NCBI RefSeq assembly: GCF_018977255.1
Contig: NW_024705527.1
Span: 1 to 36,720 of the forward strand
DNA: 36,720 nt
From: Callorhinchus milii
Lineage: Eukaryota
Direction: 5' to 3'
Shown: positions 21,192 through 32,540 of the stretch, in pieces
How the letters are laid out: every line of letters begins with the position of its first letter
Numbering within the stretch: the stretch's first letter is position 1
The notes under the pieces: generated by a model
Database searches by the model: none
What the model saw: the letters and a program-made list of their open reading frames with translations, nothing else
Told to the model about the DNA's origin: nothing
Made by a program: the position numbers and the translations under genes

Positions 21192-23877
21192 CTGGAGATG
21201 TTGTAGATGGCGATGCTGTTGTGATTTGCGATGTTGAAGATGTTGTTGAAGATGTTGTTGTTGTTGAAGATGTTGTAGTTGGGGTATATGTTGTTTGTGA
21301 CACTATTGTGGTTGGAGATTTTGTTGTGGTTGATGGTGATGCTGTTGTGATTGTTGTCAATGTTGTTGGTGATGCAAGTGTGGTAGGGAGAGATGTTGTG
21401 GTTGAAGATGCTGTTGTGATTGTTGTCGGTGTATTTGTGGTGGATTGTGAAGTTGATTGGGTGGTAGTTTCTTTTGTTGTGGTTGTCTGTGGTGTGGTTG
21501 TTGTCAAATTTACAGTGGTTGTCTCTGTTGTCGGTGTATTTGTGGTTGTTTGTGAAGTTGATTGGGTGGTAGTTTGCAATGTTGTGGTTGGTGTGGTTGT
21601 CTGCAGTGTGGTTGTTGTCAATTTTACAGTGGTTGTCTCTGTTGTTGTCGGTGTATTTGTGGTGGATTGTGAAGTTGTGGTAGGGGCTTGGGTGATTGCT
21701 TCTGTGATTCTGGTAGATTGTTCTGTTGAAGTCGATAGTGTGGTGGCTTGATGTGTTGTGGTTGTCTGTGGTGTGGTTGTTGTCAAATATACGGTGGTTG
21801 TCTCCGTTGTTGTTGGCGTATTTGTGGTGGATTGTAAAGTTGTGGTAGGGGCTTGGATGATTGCTTCTGTGATTCTGGTAGATTGTTCTGTTGAGGTCGA
21901 TAGGGTGGTGACTTCCTTTGTTGTGGTTGTCTGCGGAGTGGTAGTTGTCAATTCTGTAGTGGCTGTTGTAGGTGCATTTGTGGTGGATTGTGCTGTTGAA
22001 GTCGATAGGGTGGTGACTTCCTTTGTTGTGGTTGCCTGTGGAGTGGTAGTTGTCAATTCTGAAGTGGCTGTTGTAGGTGCAGTTGTGGTGGATTGTGCTG
22101 TTGAAGTTGATAGGGTGGTGACTTCCTTTGTTGTGGTTGCCTGCGAGTGGTAGTTGTCAATTCTGAAGTGGCTGTTGTAGGTGCAGTTGTGGTGGATTGT
22201 GCTGTTGAAGTTGATAGGGTGGTGACTTCCTTTGTTGTGGTTGCCTGTGGAGTTGTAGTTTCAATTCTGAAGTGGCTGTTGTAGGTGCAGTTGTGGTGGA
22301 TTGTGCTGTTGAAGTGATAGGGTGGTGACTTCCTTTGTTGTGGTTGCCTGCGGAGTGTAGTTGTCAATTCTGAAGTGGCTGTTGTAGGTGCAGTTGTGGT
22401 GGATTGTGCTGTTGAAGTGATAGGGTGGTGACTTCCTTTGTTGTGGTTGCCTGCGGAGTGGTAGTTGTCAATTCTGAAGTGGCTGTTGTAGGTGCAGTTG
22501 TGGTGGATTGTGCTGTTGAAGTGATAGGGTGGTGACTTCCTTTGTTGTGGTTGCCTGCGGAGTGTAGTTGTCAATTCTGTAGTGGCTGTTGTAGGTGCAG
22601 TTGTGGTGGATTGTGCTGTTGAAGTTGATAGGGTGGTGACTTCCTTTGTTGTGGTTGCCTGCGGAGTAGTCAATTCTGAAGTGGCTGTTGTAGGTGCAGT
22701 TGTGGTGGATTGTGCTGTTGAAGTTGATAGGGTGGTGACTTCCTTTGTTGTGGTTGCCTGCGGAGTTGTAGTTGTCAATTCTGAAGTGGCTGTTGTAGGT
22801 GCAGTTGTGGTGGATTGTGCTGTTGAAGTCGATAGGGTGGTGACTTCCTTTGTTGTGGTTGCCTGCGGAGTGGTAGTTGTCAATTCTGAAGTGGCTGTTG
22901 TAAGTGCAGTTGTGGTGGATTGTGCTGTTGAAGTCGATAGGGTGGTGACTTCCTTTGTTGTGGTTGCCTGCGGAGTGGTAGTTGTCAATTCTGTAGTGGC
23001 TGTTGTAGGTGCAGTTGTGGTGGATTGTGCTGTTGAAGTTGATAGGGTGGTGACTTCCTTTGTTGTGGTTGCCTGCGGAGTGGTAGTTGTCAATTCTGTA
23101 GTGGCTGTTGTAGGTGCAGTTGTGGTGGATTGTTCTGTTGAAGTTAAAGGGTGGTGACTTCCTTTGTTGTGGTTGCCTGCGGAGTGGTAGTTGTCAATTC
23201 TGTAGTGGCTGTTGTAGGTGCAGTTGTGGTGGATTGTTCTGTTGAAGTTGATAGGGTGGTGACTTCCTTTGTTGTGGTTGCCTGCGGAGTGGTAGTTGTC
23301 AATTCTGTAGTGGCTGTTGTGTTATTGTGCAGTTGTGGTGGATTGTTCTGTTGATGTCGATAGGGTGGTGACTTCCTTTGTTGTGGTTGCCTGCGGAGTG
23401 GTAGTTGTCAATTCTGTAGTGGCTGTTTGTGTTGTAGTGCAGTTGTGGTGGATTGTTCTGTTGACGTCGATAGGGTGGTGACTTCCGTTGTTGTGGTTGT
23501 CTGCGGAGTGGTAGTTGTCAATTCTGAAGTGGCTGTTGTAGGTGCAGTTGTGGTGGATTGTTCTGTTGAAGTCGATAGGGTGGTGCCTTCCTTTGTTGTG
23601 GTTGGCTGCGGAGTGGTAGTTGTCAATTCTGAAGTGGCTGTTGTAGGTGCAGTTGTGGTGGATTGTTCTGTTGATGTCGATAGGGTGGTGACTTCCTTAG
23701 TTGTAGTTGCCTGCGGAGTGGTAGTTGTCAATTCTGAAGTGGCTGTTATAGGTGAAGTTGTGGTGGATTGTTCTGTTGAAGTTGATAGGTTGGCGCCTTC
23801 CTTTGTTGTGGTTGCCTGCGGAGTGGTAGTTGTCCATTCTGTAGTGGTGGTGTCTGTTGTAGTTTGTTCAGTCGAGG
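21192..23877 (-). CDS. Host gene exon: Thr/Ser/Pro-rich mucin domain (~895 aa; several indels in this assembly)
   Basis: TTTTCACAG acceptor at 23878-23879, GTTAGT donor at 21190-21191; Thr-rich ORF pieces 21187-22056, 22053-23093 and 23408-23731. Confidence 0.9.
21880..23840 (-). repeat. Coding VNTR: 105-bp (35-aa) unit, about 18-19 copies
   Basis: Unit ELTTTTPQATTTKEVTTLSTSTAQSTTTAPTTAT(S/T); CAATTCTG recurs at 22881, 22986 and 23091. Confidence 0.93.
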
Positions 23878-24652
23878 CTGTGAAAAGACAGTATAAACAT
23901 CAACAAGTCGCATCATATTAAATATGCAATGGCTACAAACACCTTCCCTCTTTTCATTATTTCATGATTGGAGAGTCAATTTATGCAAGAAGACTTATTT
24001 GCAATGGTGACCTGGTTCACGAAGTGGAAAACGTTTCCGTGTCAGTTGCAGAGCTGATGTATATACATGGAATGCAGGTGCTCCCCAAGGAAAATATTAA
24101 CATGTAAAAACAGATCAGTAGAGTGCATCAGGGGACACAGTAAGGACAATGGACCACGCCCATAGAAATAATTAACGAAGGGTGTTTGCAATGAAAGTGC
24201 AAAAAGGGGGATAGGGGATTGGAGGAATACCACCAAAAGATATAGATTTATGGGAAAGAGGAGAATTTGAAAGAGGTTATCCTGCATAAGAGGGTGGAAG
24301 TCAAACCCGGAGGTCTCTAGGGAAGGAAAGGCTGGTCGTCACAAACATGTTCGTGCCCTACAGGTGTTCCTATTAGTTCTGTTCGAACAATACAGTTCCC
24401 TTACCAGGCCCACTCGTGTGGACCCCCTTTCACTGCAAATTAAAACCGTGGTGCAGCATGAACTAATATGGAAATTTTTATTATATGTGCGTTTAGTATT
24501 GATGAATGGACATTGATTAAAATCTAGTCGTAACTCTCACAAACGTTTCTCGCAAATGTGATGCTTGCCTTATATTGCATTGGTTATAAATCTGGCTTGT
24601 TTAAACCAGTGAAACTCAACTGCAGTTCTCTCTTTCTTGCTTTACTTAGACC

Positions 24653-24725
24653 AGTGGCTCTAATCCCGGGGTTCACGCACCCCGTTGGGGTGTGAGATGC
24701 CCTTTCTGGGGGTGCAAGATATGGC
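24653..24725. mobile_element. hAT (Charlie-like) terminal remnant
   Basis: CAGTGGCTCTAATCCCGGGGTTC.. resembles the CAGTGGTTCTCAACCTGGGG terminus; no partner end identified. Confidence 0.35.
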
Positions 24726-25394
24726 CAATTTTTTTAGAAGGTAAATCATCGAAACTCAAATTAAGCACGGGCACGTAAGTACAACTACTTTGTTTCATCA
24801 AACTTATGTATTTACATTAAACATGTTTTTTTACACACTTTTATTGGATTTGCCTCGTCTGTTTATATTCTTTCAAATCTTTGATGCTTAATATATTCGG
24901 ATTTACGAAGCCTAACAAACCAAAATTTTCTACCCAGACTTGTTTTGCGTAACAATTAAATGTTTCATAAAAAAAAACTGGTCCAGGTCCTGCCGATCCT
25001 GGTCCTATTCGTGTTATTTTACTTAATTTTTATAATTAATACTCCCACATTTTACCCCCCCTCTTAAATCACGGATGGTTGTGCGCAGCTATTCGGGGAA
25101 CATATTGTCCAATTACAGTGGATGTTGAGGAGCCTCTGACCAATGAAAGGCGTGCGTTCCAAGTCCGGGTGATTTGTTATTCGGCGTTCAGGGTTATAGT
25201 GATGCTGCTCTTAACAGTTAACATCTCTTGTATGCAGGAGGTTGTGGGTTTGATGCTGACCCTCACGTCTGTATATTTGGAGTTTGCGTTTTCTCCCCAT
25301 TATCGTGCGGGTTTTTCACTCCACATTTAGAAACATGTCCTTCGAGTATTTGGCTGCTATAAATTTCCACATAATAAACCACTTAATTGGCCTC

Positions 25395-25465
25395 TCATTT
25401 GTGGCCAGGTCGCTTCTGAAAAACAGCTATATAGCTCTCGTGGGCCTTACCTGGTAAAATAAAAT
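25395..25465 (+). mobile_element. LINE (L2/Rex1-like) 3' tail remnant
   Basis: CCAGGTCG..CTCTCGTGGGCCTTACCTGGTAAAATAAAAT: CCAGGT/ACCTGG stem followed by an A-rich tail. Confidence 0.4.
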
Positions 25466-25553
25466 AGACCTTAAATATATCTTCTTGGTTCTTTCGGTAA
25501 AGTCACGTAGAATGGAAATAATAAAATAATAAAAATAAAACATAATTAAATAA

Positions 25554-25603
25554 TTCTCACGACGTTTCGGCCACAACGCAAGCAGCCGTCCTCAGGTGGA
25601 AAA
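25554..25603 (-). ncRNA. Minimal type I hammerhead ribozyme motif
   Basis: Minus strand: CCAC CTGAGGA C GGCTGC TTGCGTT GTGGCC GAAA CGTC GTGAGAA. Confidence 0.85.
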
Positions 25604-26062
25604 CAGGTCTGTCGAGAAAACAGAGTCTGAATGACACGCCCCAGGCTTGGAGCGACTATTTAAGCTGGGATGGAGGGGCGAAGAGCTCCTTGAGAAAATA
25701 ATTTGCATATCAAGAGGAATTTAGCATATTTATGGGAAATGCAGATATGCGATTAGTACTACTTGTGAAATGCGTAGGAGGTTTGGCGAGGGTTTTAAAG
25801 ACATTATGCCCGTGCATTATGCAGGATTAGCAGCATCAAAGGGAGGGGATAGGGGTAACATTAATAAAGGGAAGGAATGTAAATAGTATGTAGCTGCAGT
25901 AACTAAACCACCACGTAAACAACTAAAGTATAAACTACATAGTATCATCAGTATACTAAATATACTCTCCAATAAGCTGAGCTACTAACAGTAAGTAATA
26001 CATTACAATTCTATGTCGCAAAAAATATAATATGCTTCCAGCTAAACTGTATTCTCTTACAT

Positions 26063-26993
26063 GCCACTCTACGCCCGACCTTATGGAAGAGGTACGTAGA
26101 TGACACTTTTGTCATCTGGCCACATGGCCGGCCTGCTCTAGACCAATTCCTCGACCACATCAATTCCATACACCCAGCCATCAGATTCACCATGGAAGTC
26201 GAAAAAGATGGCAAGCTACCCTTTTTGGATGTCTTAATTAAAAGGAGACCTGATGGTTCAATGAGCCACTCTGTCTACAGGAAAGCCACCCATACGGATG
26301 CTTACCTAAAATCGGATTCCTACCACCATCCATCCCAGAAGAATTCCCTCATCAAGACTCTATACCATAGAGCCCAATGCATCTCCGACCAGGAACACAT
26401 TGCCAGTGAACTCAAACACGTACGCCCAGCTCTTAAGGCTAATGGTTACTCCGACTACACAATCCGCAAAGCCATCACTCCAACCATCAAAAAGGATCCT
26501 GTTGAGGAGCCTTTCAAAACCATCACCTTACCCTACATTGCTGGGGTCACAAAAAAGATCTCCAAAATCCTGATAAAACAAGATCCAGGTCCGATTCAAC
26601 ACAGTACATAAAATCCGTGATCTGGTCCCGTCTGTAAAAGATGTGGTTCCAGACATACAGTACCCTGGCGTCTACAAACTAAGTTGCCTCTGTGGTAGCA
26701 GTTACATTGGAGAAACCAAACGACATGTCTCGGACCGCATCTGTGAACATAAAGCAGACTTGAAATACGGTAGGACAAACACCTCAGCCGTGGCAGATCA
26801 CTGTTACAATTCAGTGGGCTCACATGACATTGACTTCTCCAAGAGAGAGGTTCTCTGCAAGCCATCTGGCTACCATGAGAGATTTGTTCATGAGGCGATC
26901 GACATATACAAACACAGAGACAATTTCAAACGAGAATATGGATTCTGGCTCAGCAATCATTGGAAGGACGTAATAAACCATTTCGGATCTTAA
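26063..26993 (+). pseudogene. 5'-truncated Penelope RT/GIY-YIG ORF with one frameshift near 26575
   Basis: LRPTLWKRYVDDTFVIWPHG..LPFLDV..(shift)..GVYKLSCLCGSSYIGETKR..NHFGS*. Confidence 0.92.
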
Positions 26994-27649
26994 CTGATTG
27001 TGTTCACGTTTACGGTGACTTTCAGACTGCGTTCCACTCACTGGCATTGACTATATATCTTGTATTCTCCGCAGGGAATAGATTCTTTGCTCCGCTGCAA
27101 GTCTCCCTCACTACTCTCCCATTGACATATTTCGTTGCTTCCTCTTAGTATCTTTCACACGATGGTCAATGGTACAGTGTATAGCGGATTGTATAATAAT
27201 AAATAGTATAAAATTGTAATGCTTAATACAATGTACAAAGTAATATATAGTATCGTAATTGTATAGTGAATATACAGCGTTGTGATATATATTAGAGTGG
27301 GTAGAATAATACATAGTGTAATATTACAATGTATAGTCTATAAGCATATTAGTTGCTGCGGCGCCATATTATTAACATTCCTTCCCTTAATTAATTCTAA
27401 CCTTACTCCCTCCCTTTGTTACTGCTAATCCTGCATAATGCATGGGCATAATGACTTTCAACCCCTCGCCAAACCTCCTACGCATTTCACAAGTAGTACT
27501 AATCGCATATCTGCATTTCCCATAAATATGCTAAATTCCTCTTGATATGCAAATTATTTTGTCAAGGCGCTCTTCGCCCCTCCATCCCAGCTTAAATAAT
27601 CGCTCCAAGCCTGGGGCGTGTCATTCAGACTGTCTTCTCGACAGACCTG

Positions 27650-27699
27650 TTCTCCACCTGAGGACGGCTGCTTGCGTTGTGTCCGAAACGTCGTGAGAA
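27650..27699 (+). ncRNA. Minimal type I hammerhead ribozyme motif
   Basis: TTCTCCAC CTGAGGA C GGCTGC TTGCGTT GTGTCC GAAA CGTC GTGAGAA; one mismatch in stem II. Confidence 0.82.
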
Positions 27700-28352
27700 T
27701 TATTTTATTATGTTTTATTTTTATTATTTTATTATTTCCATTCTACGTGACTTTACCGAAAGAACCAAGAAGATGAATCCCTGCAGTCACGAAAGCTTTC
27801 AATCGAAACCTTAAATATAGTTTTCAAGGTAAAATAAATTCGGTTAAAAGCAAGTTTTTCAATGCAAACACTTTTATTTGCACTCAAAAGTAGAAAATAA
27901 ATTATTTTCACCCCAGAAATTTTGTAAATTTGATGTGCTAAATAAAAAGCGAGGGTTAGTGGATCAAACATGATAAAATGTTGCAAAACTTCCCTTCATT
28001 TGGGCAACAAGGTGTAATACTCTGGCTTGCCAGCAGAATGCAGTACAGCAAGTGTAGACTGAAATCTGTTTTGTTTGAGGTACGTAAGTCCACGCATAAG
28101 AAAGTTTCCACCAGGTGCTCCGGTTTGCTCCCACATGTATAAACACTCATTCATTAGTTGAAACCATTTGAATATATAAAGAAATGCAAACTAATTGTCG
28201 GTGCCTGCTCTCAGCTTGGCAGCATTCCAGCTTTTCTGTGGATCCACGGCATTTGTGAGGTGTAATTTGTATGAACGACACTATATCAAAATAATTGTAA
28301 GATTATTATAAGTGTGTCTCCTCGCTCAACCAAGGTACAGTATAGATACTAT

Positions 28353-28450
28353 ATTCTATGGTTCTTTCGGTAAAGTCACGTAGATCGAAAAAATAATAAA
28401 TAAAGTGATTAAAAATATCACGACGTTTCCATCGCAACACAAGCGGTCGT
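28353..28450 (-). mobile_element. Penelope pLTR remnant with a partial hammerhead
   Basis: TGGTTCTTTCGGTAAAGTCACGTAGA..TCACGACGTTTC..GCAACACAAGC; the CUGANGA half is missing. Confidence 0.8.
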
Positions 28451-28716
28451 TGTATATGTTAAAGTTTAACAGTTAAACTGACAAATGCACCATGATACTA
28501 ATATCACCATTAAGGGACAGAAATTTGACATTTTATTATTGACAGATGACCTGAGCACGCTAATGACCTTGTAAAATGTAATCACAGGCCTTAAACCGAC
28601 ATTTTAAGGTGCTATATTACCAAGCGTTATTTTTACCAAGAAAGACACTGGACTTTGAAACACTTTTCACACTTAACACTAAAGATAATTTCCCTCAGAA
28701 GTTACTTAATGTCCAG

Positions 28717-28900
28717 CAGGGGGTCAGCAACCAAAATAACCAGAAGAGCCATTTTTTCTAAATCGGTAAAAAAACCCTCAATATTACAAGAGCCACACAA
28801 TGCACATGAATACGAGACGGTGATCCTTAATAAATAACGTCACGAAGCAGTCCCTTAAAGAGCCGCATGCGGCTCCTGAGCCGCAGGTTGCTGGCCCTTA
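28717..28900. mobile_element. hAT-family MITE with an 8-bp TSD (7/8 match)
   Basis: CAGGGGGTCAGCAACC ... GGTTGCTGGCCCTTA inverted ends; ATGTCCAG at 28709-28716 and ATGTACAG at 28901-28908; internal GAGCCGCATGCGGCTC palindrome. Confidence 0.75.
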
Positions 28901-29133
28901 ATGTACAGTCTTGCACCATTTACACAGTTCCCATCATTTAAATATTTACAGTACCATATATGAGAAAATAGTGATGTGGGAAGATATTCTATTCAGTAGC
29001 ATCAGGATTTCTAATTGTACATTTGACTGAAAGTCCGATCAAATTTCCAAAATATCCCTCAATTTTAATAGTACATTTTCTCTATTATTTGCTCTGTAAT
29101 GCAGCCTACACAAGGGTAGGGAGATAGACTCAC

Positions 29134-29157
29134 GTGAGCATGTTGCATTTCCATCAC
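29134..29157 (-). CDS. Host gene 24-nt microexon completing an EGF domain
   Basis: TTCTTCTCCCCCTCTGCAG|GTGATGGAAATGCAACATGCTCAC|GTGAGT; phase 1-1; (S)DGNATCS supplies the sixth Cys. Confidence 0.75.
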
Positions 29158-29794
29158 CTGCAGAGGGGGAGAAGAAGATAGCACCATTAAGCACCGTCAT
29201 AACTTAATCGTAGAAAAATATACTTTAATTAAAACAAATGTTCAGCAAACATATATAACATATTGAAAGGGCATAATAATTATTTCAAAATGCTGAATTA
29301 AAATACATTGTTATATCACTATTTACAGGAAATCCAATGAGGCTAATATCAGATGGCCATGTATAGACTCGTCATAAAGGTCTCATCCCTCTCAACCTCC
29401 ACACCCGCAATGAGGTTGGTGATACAAATCTATATTTAGGAGAGTCCCAGGTGTTCACCGACATGTCAACTGTGGTTACTTCAAATGCTTCTGTCATGGG
29501 CCTGCCAAACATCACTGAAGCTCTCTGTGGTGTATTTAAAAAAAAACCTACGTCAGGAATAGACTCGTCCTACGTAGTTTTTTTCACGATTCTTTTGCAG
29601 TAAAGCTCTGAAGTTACACAGCGCAACTACGAAAGCCCATGCAGTAGTAGTTATCTACATGGTACATTTGTAAATGTATACAAAAATCTTGTTTTCAATA
29701 TTGTGTGGCCAGAAAAAAGAACACAGATTGGCTTGAAACAAATCCCACTGTTATGGATACCCTGTACAACGCAGGATGGCAATGGAGCATTTAC

Positions 29795-29926
29795 TTGTGT
29801 CCCGTTGATATCCTGGAGCGCAGGGACAGCGGTATGACCCCACTGTGTTCTCACAAACCGTTCCCAAGCCACACACAGCTGGGACTCTCCCACACTCGTC
29901 GATGTCCTCGCACACAGTAGCATTAC
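29795..29926 (-). CDS. Host gene exon: end of one EGF plus a cbEGF lacking its last Cys
   Basis: TAG acceptor; NATVCEDIDECGRVPAVCGLGTVCENTVGSYRCPCAPGYQRDT; donor GTAAAT gives 132 nt, phase 1-1. Confidence 0.82.
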
Positions 29927-30520
29927 CTAAGGGAAATCATTTAACGTAACGTTTTACATATACGCAGTGTAGATGATAAAAATTTGTTTTATTTTGTATT
30001 GAGTTTACACTACTTTTGCATGTTTTTTTGGTTTGTTTAACTTCCTATATCGATTAAAATGTTGCTTTATTGGTCTCTTATTTGAAAAAAAATACTACTT
30101 TAATGTTCTATATTCTGAGCAGCGGAACCTTTATCCTGCACATTATTACGTGAAAACATTTCATAAACTGAAACATTCATGCCAAAATGCTGCTTTCTAT
30201 TGCCCCATATGTGTGGGTTTTATTTGGTCACTTCAATTTAAAAGTATATACTATAATAAGTTACTTCGCCATGATATTCCAAAGCAGATCCCTCCTAAAA
30301 AAAGCCTGTAGACCATTGAGTACAAAAATATCGGAGAAAAAATGCTTTCCCCCCAATATAAGTTTGGAGGAGATAACATGTATCCCTTTACAGCTCTTAG
30401 CCATTATACTGTTACGTGAAAGGTTACCTTGAACTGTAGCATGATCCTACATTACCTTGGCATGAATACCAAAACAATCGTGCAACATCTCATAGAGGAA
30501 ATCCGGACGCTTCAACTTAC

Positions 30521-30769
30521 TTTGGAAACCAGCATCACACTTGCATTGGTAGGAGCCTGCCGTGTTCTCGCAGGTTGAATTGGCACTGCAGTTGTTGTTG
30601 GGGAGCAGACACTCGTCCACATCCAGGCAGTGAGTGCCATTGCCTGCGTATCCCGCAAGACACGGGCAATTGTATGAACCCACCGTGTTGACACAGTAGG
30701 CTCCATTCCCACAGGCCGCACTGCCAGATGTTTGACACTCGTCTACATCTACGCATTTCTCTCCAGTTT
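30521..30769 (-). CDS. Host gene exon: two cbEGF (duplicate B)
   Basis: 249 nt, CAG/GTAAGT; TGEKCVDVDECQTSGSAACGNGAYCVNTVGSYNC..DVDECLLPNNNCSANSTCENTAGSYQCKCDAGFQ. Confidence 0.93.
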
Positions 30770-31212
30770 CTGGTGGGTGGGAGGGAGATTTGAATAACAT
30801 GAACAATATTAGATACGTATTTCACCACTAGTACCCAAAAAACTACATTTTCTTAATTTGTATCATTGAAAAAAATACTACATAGCCTGGGCGGGAACAG
30901 TGCTGGGCTGATATCTGTATACATTTGAGGCTATAGAAATGGAATGAGAAGTGGACGTGTGGGATATTTTGTTTGTGTAATGTATTTTTATTTTTTCATA
31001 GCTCGTATGAGTAATGTGTATAATCCCGAGAAACAAATCACTTTGAAAAGATTATGAAGAAGTCGTCTGGATTTTAACTGGAAAATTACATAATATAAGC
31101 TCAATATAAATATACACCACACTTACCATCATACCCAGAATTGTACCGTTAGATTGTAGTGTGACAATTAATCTTGAGATGATTATTGTATGTATTGATA
31201 ATTGTATTATTA

Positions 31213-31246
31213 TATTCTTTGGGTCTTTCGGTAAAGTCACGTAGGA
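31213..31246 (-). mobile_element. Short Penelope pLTR end remnant
   Basis: TCTTTGGGTCTTTCGGTAAAGTCACGTAG matches the inverted-arm terminus of the other copies. Confidence 0.7.
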
Positions 31247-31429
31247 TATTTTTTTTTACAAAAAACTACTGTATTATTATGCTTTCCTGCTCAAAAAAGC
31301 CTCACTGAGTCACAAGACATATAACTGGAGGGTCCTGATAATTTTTCAGAGTAGGGGGTAATGTTGCTATGTATAATCCCAAATTTGTAATTTGCATGTA
31401 CATTTTCAGCATTGGGATGTTTGGCCTCT

Positions 31430-31600
31430 ACCAGTTATGTATTTATGTGTTTGTTTTTGCCGTGGAAGAAAACCGCTGAGCTTGGAGGAATCCCCATTCA
31501 GAAGAGGAAGAGACACACAGAAAGGCGTACGAGTTGGGAATCACACCAAGGCCTTTCTTGCTGTGGCATGCAAGTGTTTTGACTGTGCCGCCCTTCCAGC
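31430..31600 (-). mobile_element. V-SINE-like (tRNA-derived) remnant
   Basis: Plus strand GGAAGAAAACCG..GGAGGAA..CACACAGAAAGGC..GGGAATCACACCAAGGCCTTTCTTGCTGTG resembles the reverse complement of vertebrate V-SINE/HE1-type heads (recognised from memory, not searched). Confidence 0.55.
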
Positions 31601-31688
31601 CACGTTATTGTAGGATGAGCCTAGATTACAATGACGCATACCAAAACCATGAAAATCACGCAGAGGAAATCCGGACGCTTCAACTTAC

Positions 31689-31937
31689 TTTGGAAACCAG
31701 CATCACACTTGCATTGGTAGGAGCCTGGCGTGTTCTCGCAGGTTGAATTGGCACTGCAGTTGTTGCTGGGGAGCAGACACTCATCCACATCCAGGCAGAC
31801 AGTGCCATTGCCTGCGTATCCCGCAAGACACCTGCATGCGTATGAACCCATTGTGTTAGCACAGTAGGCTCCATGACCACAGAGAGCACTACCTGCTTTT
31901 TGACACTCATCAACATCTACGCACGTCTCTCCAGATT
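31689..31937 (-). CDS. Host gene exon: two cbEGF (duplicate A)
   Basis: 249 nt, CAG/GTAAGT; SGETCVDVDECQKAGSALCGHGAYCANTMGSYAC..DVDECLLPSNNCSANSTCENTPGSYQCKCDAGFQ. Confidence 0.93.
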
Positions 31938-32256
31938 CTGGTGGTTGGGAGGGGGGAGAAAAGATTTCAATAAGAAACATTCGTAAATACATTGTGCGTT
32001 CACATGCTTGAACTCAAATGAATATACACCCTGGGTGGGAATTCTGTGGGCTGATTCCTATGAAAATTAAATTTCTATACATTTGAGACAAAAAATGTAT
32101 GATGGGAGGTAGACACATGGCAATTTTGTTGGTGTTTTTATGTTGTGCTAGCCTGTACAATTAATGTGTAGAATCCCTATTGTCAGGAAAATTCGTATAG
32201 ACCTTTGCATGTGAAATTCATACAGGTACTATAGAAATAGCCACTAAGACACTTAC

Positions 32257-32540
32257 GGACATATCCACTGTTGCAGATGCAGGTATAATTTCCATCTAAG
32301 TTACGACACGTGGAATATTGAGTGCAGTTGTAGATTCCGCTCTGACACTCGTCCACGTCTTGGCAGGTCCGGCTGTCGCTAACGACCACGTACCCAGCCA
32401 CACATCCACACTTGAAGCTGCCGATTGTGTCAGTGCATGTCCCGTATATGGAGTCGCAAGGTGTCTGTCCATCAGCCACGGACAAGCTGCACTCATCAAT
32501 ATTGATGCATTGCGTTTTGCTCGTGCCATTGAGGGTGTAC
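32257..32540 (-). CDS. Host gene exon: end of one EGF plus two cbEGF
   Basis: 284 nt, phase 2-1; YTLNGTSKTQCINIDECSLSVADGQTPCDSIYGTCTDTIGSFKCGC..DVDECQSGIYNCTQYSTCRNLDGNYTCICNSGYV. Confidence 0.92.

Larger units (their letters stand above)
25480..27807 (+). mobile_element. Penelope-like retroelement copy 2: inverted pLTR, 5'-truncated ORF, pLTR and tail; 12-bp TSD
   Basis: ACCTTAAATATA at 25468-25479 and 27808-27819; inverted arm 25480-~26061; ORF nearly identical to copy 1. Confidence 0.95.

Noticed and set aside
21221..23921. Long Val-rich ORFs on the plus strand
   Set aside because: Antisense shadows of ACN (Thr) codons in the mucin exon.
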